Shown here in pieces: positions 56,223 through 64,000 of a stretch of 64,000 nucleotides of DNA (its first letter is position 1; each line of letters begins with the position of its first letter). Under the pieces are notes generated by a model. That model ran no database searches. It was not told the DNA's origin and was given only the letters and a program-made list of their open reading frames with translations. The position numbers were made by a program, and so were the translations under genes. Source of the stretch: Octopus vulgaris (taxonomy: Eukaryota); the NCBI GenBank assembly GCA_951406725.2, contig OX597823.1, positions 33,108,001-33,172,000 on the forward strand, given 5' to 3'.

Positions 56223-59200
56223 TATATACTTGTGTTTGTGTATGTGCATACATATATTTGATATCATGGTTTAAACAAGCATCACCTCCATATAAGCAAA
56301 GTGGTTTGTTTCTAGTTTTCCACGAAGGACATCTGGCCATGGGGAAATATCTTGTTTGGAAGCAGGTGAGAGTTGACAGCAGGAAGGACATCCAACTGTA
56401 AAAAAAATTTGCCTCAAGAAATTTTGTTTGACCCATGAAAAGAGAGAAAAGTGGAAATGAAATGATGATAACAGAAATATTTGTGTAGATGAGAATATAG
56501 ATAATACAACATAGGTTTACCTTTGTCAAAATTTCTTTTATAATTTTAATTGTACACAAGCACAGGTCAAATGTTGATTTGAAGTGTTTGTCAAGTTGTT
56601 GATAGAGGAATGAGAACATTTCTAACATAAAACACAGGAAGCAAGCTCTGCGAGGAGACTGGTTTGGTAAAGAATCTAGAAACATATTGAACTGGAAGAG
56701 ACAAATATAGAATTAGAAAACATTTAGGTAGTATTTGAAAAATTGCTAACAGATCAAAATATGAAATCTGAAAGATTTATAAGGAAATACCGAAATATTT
56801 TCAACACTCATTTTACCCTATTTCAAAATCTACAGAAAAACACAAATTTGAGGCTGAAGTGAAAGTGTGGCTGAGTGGTCAAGTTAAGAAGTTTACTTCC
56901 CAGCCACATGGTTTCAGGTTCAGTCTCGGTGCATGACACTTTGGGCAAGTGTCTGCTAATATAACCTCAGGCTGAACAAAGCCATGTGAGTGGATATAGT
57001 AGAAAGAAACTGAAAGAGGCTCTCCATTAAGTGTGCATACATTAAATAGTTTACGAGTAAGCTTTGACCACCAGCAACACGTCCTGTACTGCTGTTGTGG
57101 TCAGATCAGCTCAACCACAATAATAGCAGCTCAAGATGGTGCATGTGTTTGTGTGAGACAGCGACTTTTATAAAGAGCAGCATGTCTTGCATCTAAGCCA
57201 ACACATCACCGACAGCCATTACCATACATCAGAAAGTCACCCCCCCCCACATCATATCTCAACCACCTCCACCATACGCACGCACACACACACACTCCCC
57301 TACCATCATATAACAGAAGGCAACTTCCAGTCTGTTAGAAATAGAAACTAAATCTTTCTCAACTCACACCCTGTTGTTTTACAAAAGAAAGAACATGCTG
57401 AACAATGTAAAGATGTGATGGTCATGGTTAGAACATCTTTGATCACAATTGACCAGGAGTTAACAATTAACTGATACAATCAATACTTACAGTGCTCAGT
57501 GCTTTATGAGCAGGAACCTCTAATATTCTCCGTGATATGATTTCAATGAGAAATTGTCTTGGATTGCCAGACACTAGAATTTCAGGAAAATAAAAGGTTT
57601 TATGTAGAATGTACACCATGAAAAATGGAAGAAGAGAAAAATAAAGGGAAAGAGAATGTTTAGTATGTATGTGGGCAAATGTTTTCTTCTATAGACCTAG
57701 TTTGACTAAATCTTGTGAATGGATTTGGTAAATGGAAACAAATATGGATGCAAGTGTGTGTGTGTGTGTGTATGCATATCTTTGTCTACATTTGAAAGTG
57801 TCTGAATTGTTGGAAACTGATAAAACAGGAAGATTATCATCCCAAAGGTGATTCAATAAGCTGTGTGAGTGTGAGTTGCAGATTGAGTAAATATGTCTGC
57901 AAGAGAACAGACAATGCAATTAATTACACACATCTACAAACATTAAAGACAAAAATTTTACACTTACATTCTTTGGGGAAAGAATTCTGAGCAGCAAAAG
58001 GACTAGAAATAATTATTTTGAAGAGACTCTCGTCAACAGTTGTCATGTGTAAGATGTATGGTGCCAGTACGGCTATTATCTCTGGATAGAGATCCACATC
58101 GTTACAGAGGAGTAAAATCTCGATAGCAGGGATCTTAAGGGATTTCCTACAAAATAACAAATAAAGATTATTTCAGCAAACATTACAGAAGGAAGCAAAG
58201 TTAGTTAGCTTAAAGCCTTCCCAACTTCTGCATCTTTTATTTCTCAAGTTTACAAGTCACAAATTTTATACAATTCAATGCAAATTACTAACATACCAAC
58301 AGTACTTAGTTTTCATACTAAAGCTTATTATGGAGTATACTGAAAGAATTTAGCTGTCACTGTGTAAATTAAATAAATTTACCAGCAAGGCTGTGGGGGT
58401 TAAGAAGCTTACTTTGCAACCACACGGTTCTGGGTTCAATCCCACTTAAGCAAGTGTCATCTATAACAATACGTTGTGAGTGAATTTTGTAGATGGAAAC
58501 TGTGATGAAGCCTATCGTATGTATATACATGTGTGTGTATGTGTGTCTTTGTTTGTTCTCACCACCACCACTTGACAGCTGGTGTTGGTTTGTTTAGCCC
58601 CTGTAACTTAGCAGTTCAGCAAAAGAGACTGTTAGACTATGTACAAGACGTCAAAATAAGTCCTGGGGTCAATTTGTTCAACTCTAACTTGTCAAGGTGG
58701 TGCCTCAGCATGGTCACAGTCCGATGACTAGAACAAGCAGAAGAAAAGGAAAAGAACAAAGAAAGATAAAATAGATGATTACTGCTAAAGTCATAAGAAT
58801 AGCTGAAACAGCCTCATCCTGTCAGTTGTGTTTATTATGTCCACAACAAAATTCTACGACAGATGTTTCCATCTTTTCTATGCTTTTGGTAAATTCATTT
58901 AGTTTCTGAACACAATGATGGCTAATATAATGTAACATCGAAACCTATGTTTTACAGAAAAAAGGGTATTTTTCAAAAGTAGTGACTAGGAGGTATTTCT
59001 GAATAAGTAATCTCTGTAAGATGAGATCTTCTTGGCATCTTGATGCCTACTTAAATATTTATCTAAATTACATTTGTAAGGAAGATTTGTCACAGCTGTA
59101 TATTTCTCCAGTTTCGATTGTATCAGTGCTTCTATCATTTGTATCTACCCTTTAGTCTAACTTGTGATTTACAAACAAATATCTACAACAGTCAAATGTG

Positions 59201-61840
59201 TTGCTTTAGACATACAGCCACCAGATACACGTAGTGAACACACACAAACAGAAGTAGTTGTTTAAAAAGTACTTTATTACAACAACAACAACAACAGTAA
59301 ATTGTGACCTACCACTCTGATTCAGTGTCCGTCTTGAGAAGAATGTTTTTAATAGCTTCAATCAGTGATTTACCATCTAACAATTGCCAGAGTTTCTGAA
59401 AGAAAACCAAAATGAATATACATTATCATTACCAGAACACATAAATGGTTACCGGATTGATATGTAGTTACCTCAAATCCTTGGTGATGGTCACCTCAAT
59501 GATACCATGATGTTAAAGTCTCTCTCCACCTCCCTCTGCACATCACCTTAATCAATTAAAAGACCACAAACATCTACACTTACATGCTTTAATTCAGTCA
59601 CTGCCTCCACCACTTTTGGTACATCATCAGCAAGACGCAGCAACAAAGCTTCTTCATAGAAACTGGTGTCATCAGGCTGAAGCAAACGAGAAATTAACGA
59701 ATGAATGCATACAGAGGTGATGATGAGAGACGGAATGAATTAATGAACTGATTGGGAAACACTGTAATAGATGTTATGTATCTCTCTTTCTTTCTTTGTG
59801 TGTATAAGGGTGGGGGATGAGGCTAAGTTTGCATCTCAACCACATGATTTCAGGTTCAGTCCCATGGTGTGGCACCTTGGGCAAAGATCATTTATCATTA
59901 AAGCTGTGTCTGTGCATTGGATAGATAGAAACTGACAGAAGCTCAGTGTGTGTGTGTAATTATAAATATATATATTTATTATTACACATTTTTTTTTTGT
60001 CTTGCAAGTACTTGTTGACCCTGTCAGTGGAGGTGCCACTTCAAAGCACCCAGTCCATACTGTAAAGTGGTTGGTGTTTGGAAGGGCATCCAGCCGTAAA
60101 AACCTTGCCTGTGCTTGTGCTATGTAAAAAGCACTGAGTGGTTGGTTTAATGGAAGGGCATCCAGCTGTAAAAATCCTGCCAAAACAGTCACAGAAGTCT
60201 GATGCTGGCTTCTGCCTAGCTGGCTCTTGTGAAACTGTCCCACCCATGTTAGCATGGAAAGCAGACATTAAACGACGATGATGATGATACATATGTATCT
60301 CCAACTAGTAATCATTTCACAGAAAATTTGAAAGCTTTGCCTTGACCAGAAACATGAGACAATGGTTAAACTAAGGGTTTAATTTATGCATCTATGTTCA
60401 ATAGTTTAGTATCCTAACTTCACACATAACCACAATTTGCTCAGTAATACAGAACCTTCATGACACAGCCTAAAATCAGATATTTAGATAACCATCACAA
60501 CACCACTTTTCTCTCATGCTATCCAATGGCACTTTACTTATCAACCATTCTTCATCCATTAATATAGTTCTCCATATCCACAACCGTCTCCTCATGCATT
60601 ACTCCCATCTTGTGCAGCCCACCCAAACACATCATTAGTGTCCTTCCACAGTCAATTGCATCATTACTAACCTGCTGCTGACATCCCTCTTGCCTCCCAC
60701 TACTTGTGCACCCCTCCCCCCCGGCCTTCACGAATCTTTACCAACTTCCTCCTTTCCCATTTCCCCCACCTCTTCATCCCCACCCCACTTTTACACATTT
60801 TGTACCTTCAGGTGCCACCAGGACACATCACTATTATCTATCTCTGGAGATACTACCAATTCTTTCACTTTCTCACTCTTAAATGTAAGTAGCCATGTAG
60901 TTCTTCTACAAGAACCTGCTCTGCCCTAACCTATTCCCTCATACCCTCTTTCGTCTAATATAAGGACACCCCCCCCCCCAAGGTTTTGTTCACTCACAAG
61001 CCATATGGCAACCCCAATGGTGCAAGTGGCACAAAAATGCACCCTGTACACTGTGTAAAGTGGTTGGCACTAGGAAGGGCATTAAGCTGTACAAGCCCTG
61101 CCAAAGCAGATACTGGAACACAATGATCTTTGGACCCATCAGATCTTTGTCAAACCAACCAATCCCTGCCAGCATGAAACATGGACACCAAATGATGATG
61201 GTGATGATGATGATTACTATATATTTACCACATTGACTTTTTCACTTTTAAGAAAAGAGATGGCTTGAATCCGGAATTCTGCTAAAGGATGGTACAGACT
61301 AGTTGTAAGACTTGCTCCAGTTCCGCGTAGAAGTTTATGTTGAGCAGACTCTAATGAATAATTAAGAAGATTAAAGATGATCTTTTTGGATTTCGAGGTT
61401 TTGTGGCTCTCCATGTAACTCTGTAGAGCTTCATCCAATGCTACTGCATGTCTGAAAGAAAACAATTAAGAAACTGTTGAGATATTTATACTGAGTCAAC
61501 AAATACATTAATGTTACTGTATTTTACAGCATGGTGGATGCTGCAATGTGGAAGACACACTTTAATTTTAGAAAAGCAATTGTAGAAAAATGTTGTATAC
61601 TTACCAAAGCCTTGTCCCCATAATTGGGTGAGTGACTAATGAGCACAATCTCTTTCGTCAAACAAAATTGATGAGTAAATCAGCAGAGTGCTCATGTCCA
61701 CCATTACTGCATGAAATCACCAGACAATGGCCAGCCCTCCAGTTGTTTACTGGTCAGTATTATTGTAGCAGATAACATTATTTCCTCATTTTTACTGTGC
61801 TGTGATTATTTCTGTGACACACCATGGTGATCATACCACA

Positions 61841-61898
<58 letters not shown>

Positions 61899-62855
61899 TG
61901 ATGGGATTCTTTCAGTTTTCATCTAACAAATCCACTCAGAAGGCTTTGGTTGGCCCAGAGCTATAGTAGAAGAGACTTGCCCAAGGTGCTATGCAGAGGG
62001 ACTGAACCTGGAACCATGTAGTTGGGAAGCATACTTCTTACCACACAGCCATGCCTGCACCTACATATGTGTGTGTGTATAACAGTATACAAAGTGTGGG
62101 TCATCAACCTGCATTAATCACAACCTTGCACTTTGTACATGATGTAGTCTGTCACCATTACTGATCAAATGGTTCAGTAAGGCCCTCAGATCTGCTTATG
62201 TGCAGCAATGTCCCATGCCATCAACGGTGGTTTCCCTGATGGCCTGGAAAAGATGACCAAACTCGACTGCTTAAAGGAAGTAGAAGTCAGAACAGGTTTT
62301 CCATAGGTGAACCTGAAGAAGGATCATTTACCAGTTTGTCTCACCCATGACTGCTCTTCAGTCAACAACCACTTCTTGCTATAACAGTACAAGAGTATAT
62401 ATAAGCCTCTGCTCAGTATATTATATCTAACAACAATAAACAATATATCTAACCTCTACTCACTATATAACCTTACAAACAATTCACTGTTTATGTGAAT
62501 AAATATTGCTGTACAACAAACGTGATAGTTCTAGGTTCTAATTTTACTATAGAAGTTATTTTTTTTATATCAAAGTACTTAGCAATTTTCCTTGGTCTGC
62601 CTGACTGAGAACATATTTTACTCTAGGTGACATGGAGATGGTTAAATTTACAAAACTAAACTAACCTAAGCTAATAGAATAAAGTAAATGTTACATAAAT
62701 AAACTAAATGTGCATTCGTGCACTAATATGCAAATGAAGAAATGTCTTACTTTGCTTCCAATACACGCATGATCTCACAAACGTTGACCTGGAATTGCTC
62801 TCTGTGATGATGTTTTATCTCAATGGCACGTTCCACATAGACTCTAATGACACAC
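2781..62855 (-). CDS. HEATR1: HEAT repeat-containing protein 1 (UTP10/BAP28), spliced CDS, 37 exons traced, 5'-incomplete (N-terminal exons beyond window end)
   Basis: Hand-spliced GT-AG exons join in phase without stops (5137 nt). Motifs match recalled human HEATR1: [104 protein letters not shown] (BP28CT region), [32 protein letters not shown]. Confidence 0.96.
2964..3072 (-). CDS. HEATR1: HEATR1 exon
   Basis: [36 protein letters not shown]; GT-AG. Confidence 0.96.
4093..4245 (-). CDS. HEATR1: HEATR1 exon
   Basis: [51 protein letters not shown]; GT-AG. Confidence 0.95.
4604..4900 (+). mobile_element. tRNA-headed SINE-like element with degenerate Penelope-type hammerhead tail
   Basis: A box TGGCATAATGG and B box GTTCAATTCC in 4652-4706, then ACAC-TTGATGA-A-GGCTG..CAGCC-AAAAC-GTGT. 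Inverted copy at ~11045-11347. Confidence 0.6.
4901..5119. mobile_element. piggyBac-like MITE (TTAA-CCCTTT...AAAGGG-TTAA)
   Basis: TTAA ends and CCC/GGG terminal inverted repeats. Same family at 10817-11044, 28124-28352, ~7037-7229, ~45039-45265, with further fragments (12061, 13020-13300, 21500, 24520). Confidence 0.7.
5126..5588 (+). mobile_element. Internally deleted Tc1/mariner element
   Basis: ~75-bp inverted repeats (5126-5198 vs 5451-5524) flank a transposase C-terminal remnant [27 protein letters not shown]; right end ...CACTGTA. Confidence 0.75.
5854..6051. mobile_element. hAT-Charlie-like MITE
   Basis: TIRs CAATGGTTCTCAAC / GTTGAGAACCACTA; right flank GTCTAGAC resembles the Charlie target site. 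Confidence 0.6.
6127..6335 (+). mobile_element. tRNA-derived SINE family A (core GCCTTTCATCC...AAGTACCAG)
   Basis: B-box-like GAGTTCAAATTCC and conserved core. Copies at ~10486-10670, 12235-12463(-), 28470-28660, 29349-29557(-), 29686-29817, 46850-47045, 49515-49727(-), 53600-53815(-), 54408-54600(-). Confidence 0.75.
6570..6706 (-). CDS. HEATR1: HEATR1 exon
   Basis: [45 protein letters not shown]; GT-AG. Confidence 0.94.
7640..7930. repeat. Degenerate tandem repeat, unit ~50-60 bp
   Basis: Recurrent CAGACA(C/T)ATCCCAAGCAC...GAGAACTACAAC units. Confidence 0.6.
8412..8512 (-). CDS. HEATR1: HEATR1 exon
   Basis: [33 protein letters not shown]; weak GTTGGT donor, phases fit neighbours. Confidence 0.9.
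8611..8797 (+). mobile_element. Short Penelope-like remnant with inverted tails and a hammerhead motif (G12 mutated)
   Basis: 30-bp inverted ends (8611-8640 / 8768-8797). GATAT-CTGAAGA-A-GGAAT-TTTT-ATTCC-AAAA-TATC-ATATC at 8683-8722. Same family as ~39600-39745. Confidence 0.6.
9630..9700 (-). CDS. HEATR1: HEATR1 exon
   Basis: [23 protein letters not shown]; GTGAGT donor. Confidence 0.92.
9781..9980 (+). mobile_element. 5'-truncated R4/Dong-like non-LTR retrotransposon 3' end next to (AAT)n
   Basis: [43 protein letters not shown] resembles the C-terminus of restriction-like-endonuclease LINEs; Dong elements target TAA repeats. Confidence 0.65.
10031..10380 (+). mobile_element. Non-autonomous Helentron/DINE-1-like element
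   Basis: 5' AACAAGCACTCAG..ACCTACGCC and 3' GGCAGAGGTAAT subterminal inverted repeat, (ACAA)n near the 3' end, CCAAAATCTAA..AAAGTTTCAT core. Confidence 0.6.
10411..11347. repeat. Mosaic intragenic segmental duplication
   Basis: 10411-10660 = direct copy of 6052-6301; 10674-10693 plus 10817-11347 = inverted copy of 4604-5129; 10696-10820 = direct copy of 28007-28127. Confidence 0.9.
13889..14002 (-). CDS. HEATR1: HEATR1 exon
   Basis: [38 protein letters not shown]. Confidence 0.94.
14681..14815 (-). CDS. HEATR1: HEATR1 exon
   Basis: [45 protein letters not shown]. Confidence 0.92.
16127..16211 (-). CDS. HEATR1: HEATR1 exon
   Basis: [28 protein letters not shown]; GT-AG, phase fits. Confidence 0.87.
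16551..16618 (-). CDS. HEATR1: HEATR1 exon
   Basis: [22 protein letters not shown]; GTGAGT donor. Confidence 0.85.
16950..18800 (-). mobile_element. Degenerate RTE-clade LINE reverse transcriptase remnant, interrupted by a (GAT)n-tailed element at ~17672-18110
   Basis: Minus-strand peptides [37 protein letters not shown] (degenerate YADD) and [18 protein letters not shown], with stops and frameshifts. Confidence 0.75.
19465..19564 (-). CDS. HEATR1: HEATR1 exon
   Basis: [33 protein letters not shown]; GTAAGT donor. Confidence 0.93.
19888..20072 (-). CDS. HEATR1: HEATR1 exon
   Basis: [61 protein letters not shown]. Confidence 0.92.
21191..21361 (-). CDS. HEATR1: HEATR1 exon
   Basis: [18 protein letters not shown]...[24 protein letters not shown]. 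Confidence 0.92.
23511..23645 (-). CDS. HEATR1: HEATR1 exon
   Basis: [45 protein letters not shown]. Confidence 0.92.
24765..24932 (-). CDS. HEATR1: HEATR1 exon
   Basis: [27 protein letters not shown]...[16 protein letters not shown]. Confidence 0.92.
25824..25990 (-). CDS. HEATR1: HEATR1 exon
   Basis: TGKKKSVPE...[35 protein letters not shown]. Confidence 0.93.
26040..26645 (+). mobile_element. Probable non-autonomous Helitron/Helentron-like repeat
   Basis: Internal duplication (CATGAAACATTTT..GTCAAATT, GATATCACGATGGCTAG) and 3' motif CATGTGTCAAGTTTCATTAAG..TTGCCATTTATTATT. Confidence 0.4.
27866..28019 (-). CDS. HEATR1: HEATR1 exon
   Basis: [51 protein letters not shown]; AAG acceptor at 28020-28021. 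Confidence 0.85.
28825..29195 (-). mobile_element. tRNA-derived SINE family B (CORE-like GGCACCTTGGGCAAGTG)
   Basis: Head GTGGCTGTGTGGT..GGTTCAGTC. Copies or fragments at ~2415-2580, 12740-12890, 14440-14595, 29820-29960, 40305-40720, 50370-50505, 56865-57020, 58388-58750, 59820-59945, 61905-62060. Confidence 0.7.
30440..30685 (-). CDS. HEATR1: HEATR1 exon
   Basis: ACEERAK...[29 protein letters not shown]...DDNSQ. Confidence 0.95.
31366..31490. repeat. Near-perfect palindrome (48-bp perfect stem, 3-nt loop)
   Basis: 31379-31426 is the exact reverse complement of 31430-31477; outer CCAACATAAC/GTTATGTTGG also pair. One-armed relative at ~13583-13635. Confidence 0.95.
31941..32069 (-). CDS. 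HEATR1: HEATR1 exon
   Basis: [43 protein letters not shown]. Confidence 0.96.
32341..32462 (-). CDS. HEATR1: HEATR1 exon
   Basis: [40 protein letters not shown]. Confidence 0.96.
33939..34045 (-). CDS. HEATR1: HEATR1 exon
   Basis: [35 protein letters not shown]. Confidence 0.93.
34859..34999 (-). CDS. HEATR1: HEATR1 exon
   Basis: [46 protein letters not shown]. Confidence 0.95.
36374..36468 (-). CDS. HEATR1: HEATR1 exon
   Basis: [31 protein letters not shown]; GTAAGT donor, phase fits. Confidence 0.82.
36760..37490 (+). mobile_element. Degenerate mariner transposase remnant
   Basis: [17 protein letters not shown]-like [23 protein letters not shown], and [22 protein letters not shown] (degenerate HDNARPH / HPPYSPDLAP); stops present. 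Confidence 0.75.
38414..38727. repeat. Compound (AT)n/ATAC/ATGC microsatellite
   Basis: ~310 bp of alternating AT with interspersed AC/GC; source of the YI-repeat ORFs. Confidence 0.95.
39400..39531 (-). CDS. HEATR1: HEATR1 exon
   Basis: [44 protein letters not shown]. Confidence 0.9.
39678..39719 (-). ncRNA. Minimal type I hammerhead ribozyme motif (Penelope-type), intact core
   Basis: Minus strand reads GAUAU-CUGAAGA-A-GGAAU-uucuau-AUUCC-GAAA-UAUU-AUAUC: 5-bp stem I, 5-bp stem II, palindromic minimal stem III. Confidence 0.65.
41337..41576 (-). CDS. HEATR1: HEATR1 exon
   Basis: [20 protein letters not shown]...[14 protein letters not shown]...QEFAIKL. Confidence 0.9.
42168..42431. mobile_element. 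Foldback MITE with long imperfect inverted arms
   Basis: ATGAAAAAATGTATGGTAAACAAACAAA pairs with TTTGTTTATTTACCATACATTTTTCAT; inner TAATTCTTCATCAGTTATC pairs with GATAACTGATGAAGAATTA. Related half element at ~33230-33380. Confidence 0.75.
42550..43215 (+). mobile_element. Degenerate RTE-clade LINE C-terminal remnant
   Basis: [20 protein letters not shown] (Cys cluster), [57 protein letters not shown]. Confidence 0.8.
44180..44642 (+). mobile_element. Abundant retroposon family with RTE-like 3' end and (GAT)n tail
   Basis: GTTGGC(G/A)TTAGGAAGGGCATCCAGCTGTAGAAAC...CCATGCCAGCATGGAAA..GACGTTAAATGATGATG. Copies at ~13340-13580, 17672-18110, 25315-25470, 26900-27095, 27600-27815, 30806-31090, 32790-33228, 41840-42110, 47615-48030, 48373-48710, 55945-56185, 60000-60290, 61000-61213. 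Confidence 0.75.
44755..44934 (-). CDS. HEATR1: HEATR1 exon
   Basis: [60 protein letters not shown]. Confidence 0.85.
47312..47490 (-). CDS. HEATR1: HEATR1 exon
   Basis: [27 protein letters not shown]...[20 protein letters not shown]. Confidence 0.9.
49515..49727 (-). mobile_element. Full-length SINE family A copy with 17-bp target-site duplication
   Basis: GTGATGTCTGAAATATT at 49498-49514 and 49728-49744. Confidence 0.85.
49770..49953 (-). CDS. HEATR1: HEATR1 exon
   Basis: [38 protein letters not shown]...SPVP. Confidence 0.88.
50572..50848 (+). mobile_element. tRNA-derived SINE, V-domain-like, with target-site duplication
   Basis: A box TGGCTTAGTGG, GGACCGGTGTCCCATCCAGG resembling the V-SINE domain, (AAC)n tail; ACTGCTATAGA at 50561-50571 and 50849-50859. 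Confidence 0.65.
51749..51900 (-). CDS. HEATR1: HEATR1 exon
   Basis: [50 protein letters not shown]. Confidence 0.86.
52074..53066 (+). mobile_element. Probable Helentron/Helitron-derived non-autonomous element
   Basis: Starts TACTAG..CACCCGTCC and ends GTAAAGTTTGGTGAAAATCAG...TTTATATATACTAGAT, ends typical of this class. Confidence 0.45.
53841..54388. mobile_element. Interspersed repeat embedded in an (AAT)n microsatellite
   Basis: ~550-bp higher-GC segment bounded on both sides by (AAT)n. Confidence 0.55.
55039..55189 (-). CDS. HEATR1: HEATR1 exon
   Basis: [50 protein letters not shown]. Confidence 0.83.
56521..56691 (-). CDS. HEATR1: HEATR1 exon
   Basis: [35 protein letters not shown]...KEILTK. 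Confidence 0.83.
57491..57573 (-). CDS. HEATR1: HEATR1 exon
   Basis: [27 protein letters not shown]; GTAAGT donor, phase fits. Confidence 0.78.
57968..58146 (-). CDS. HEATR1: HEATR1 exon
   Basis: [34 protein letters not shown]...SFPKE. Confidence 0.85.
59313..59395 (-). CDS. HEATR1: HEATR1 exon
   Basis: [27 protein letters not shown](W). Confidence 0.85.
59584..59676 (-). CDS. HEATR1: HEATR1 exon
   Basis: [31 protein letters not shown] (RLxDD motif). Confidence 0.9.
61229..61451 (-). CDS. HEATR1: HEATR1 exon
   Basis: [14 protein letters not shown]...[28 protein letters not shown]. Confidence 0.92.
62751..62855 (-). CDS. HEATR1: HEATR1 exon (most 5' one confidently placed)
   Basis: [34 protein letters not shown](K); GT-AG, phase fits next exon. 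Confidence 0.85.
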
Positions 62856-63838
62856 CTGTAAAGGGAAACAATACTTTAAATTCAAGAACAACTTATATAT
62901 GATCAAACAAATAAGAGTTTCAATCATTTCTCTATCCTTTTTAGGTTTCAAAGAACAAAACTAGTTAACAGCTTCTAAAACTTCATGAAATTTCTTTCAT
63001 GCAAAGCAAAGCATTCTCTCTTGCCCTGATTCACCAAGCTTTGCAACTCAATCTTAGATGGCAATGCTACCAATCCAGGAACCTTCCAGTGATGATAGGT
63101 ACTAAGTTAATCTAGTTTTGTCTCAAACTAGATCAACCTGATACCTATCATTGTCAGACCAGAGTAATCCATTTATTTCACCTAACCATCAATAACATTT
63201 GATCGGAACAAAAGTTCATGCTGTTTTATAAGTAAAATTCCAAAACAAAATTTAGATATATGTACATATAGGCACAGGAGTGGCTGTATGGTAAGTAGCT
63301 TGCTTCCCAACTGCACATATCTGGTTTGCCGTTTGCATAGGTTTTTTAATCTTTCTAGATACAAAAGAGAGTCAAATGATGACTATGCATTTTATTTTCC
63401 TCTATTTTCACTTTTAATGTAAAAACAGTAGAAATAAACTCTCCACACAGTAACTGTATAAAAAGACGTTAAAATGTCACCTTTGAATGTCCTCATTCGA
63501 AAAACACATAGATAAATGTAAAAATACCAACAAACAAATAAAAGTCACTATTGAAGTCAATGATAGAAATCTTAGGAATTAAGGAAGCTTTGATTATCTA
63601 TAAATTAAACCCACAAATAAATAATAGATTGGAGCTGGGCATGCAATACATAACATGACATACACACAGACACATTTGCTACATATTAGAAAAGAGGTAA
63701 TGAAAATTGATTTGTGCAGAGATAAGTTAATAATTGACGTCACTAACATTCACAAAGAGAAATGCTTGAAAATTCAAATATAATCATAAAATTATTTTAT
63801 CTCCGACAAAAAACATCTAACCAAAGACAGTTCCTTTT

Positions 63839-63880
63839 TAACCCTGAAGAAAGGATTTGTATGTCCTGAAATATTGGATA
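63839..63880 (+). ncRNA. Minimal hammerhead-like motif (Penelope-type)
   Basis: ACC-CTGAAGA-A-AGGA-tttgtatg-TCCT-GAAA-TATT-GG; core intact, stem I weak. Confidence 0.45.
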
Positions 63881-64000
63881 CACATAAGAACAAAGATTAC
63901 CAGTTACTTTTAGTTTACGTTACCTCATCTTAAAATCTATTTGCATTGTTTGGCCTTTTACATTTTTCAACATAATATTCCATATACGATGCTTCAAGCA

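Noticed and set aside
58783-58944. Coding-looking minus-strand stretch with an in-frame TGA (read-through or selenocysteine idea)
   Set aside because: Phases do not fit, neighbouring exons join directly, and I see no SECIS or homology evidence.
2870-62750. Intronic snoRNAs or U12-type introns, plausible in a ribosome-biogenesis gene
   Set aside because: No convincing C/D box pair with a terminal stem and no GTATCCT donor found by eye; a snoscan/Infernal search is needed to exclude them.
63924-64000. Possible further HEATR1 exon (CLKHRIWNIMLKNVKGQTMQIDFKM, GTAAC donor, phase compatible)
   Set aside because: Truncated by the window edge, no recognisable HEATR1 similarity, and adjacent to a hammerhead-bearing repeat tail; cannot be supported.

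Overview
This is AT-rich eukaryotic DNA, dense in microsatellites and SINEs; the repeat families resemble those of octopus/coleoid cephalopods (inference from recall). Almost the whole window is the 3' part of one minus-strand gene, HEATR1 (UTP10/BAP28, SSU processome HEAT-repeat protein). I traced 37 GT-AG coding exons by hand from 62855 to the stop at 2781 (5137 nt, phase-consistent, about 1711 aa, ending in [37 protein letters not shown]). The N-terminal exons lie beyond the window. A probable last exon of an unidentified convergent + strand gene sits at 170-229. Introns hold tRNA-derived SINEs, RTE and R4/Dong LINE remnants, Tc1/mariner remnants, piggyBac/hAT-type MITEs and Helentron-like elements. 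Most of the supplied ORFs are repeat artefacts. Three observations stand out. (1) Minimal Penelope-type hammerhead ribozyme motifs, one with an intact core in the pre-mRNA sense (39678-39719) and one attached to a tRNA-like head. (2) A mosaic in one intron (10411-11347) built from copies of three other parts of the same gene. It places inverted and direct repeats around an in-frame 309-nt three-exon block and creates a captured splice acceptor followed by a stop and AATAAA. (3) A perfect 48-bp hairpin at 31379-31477.
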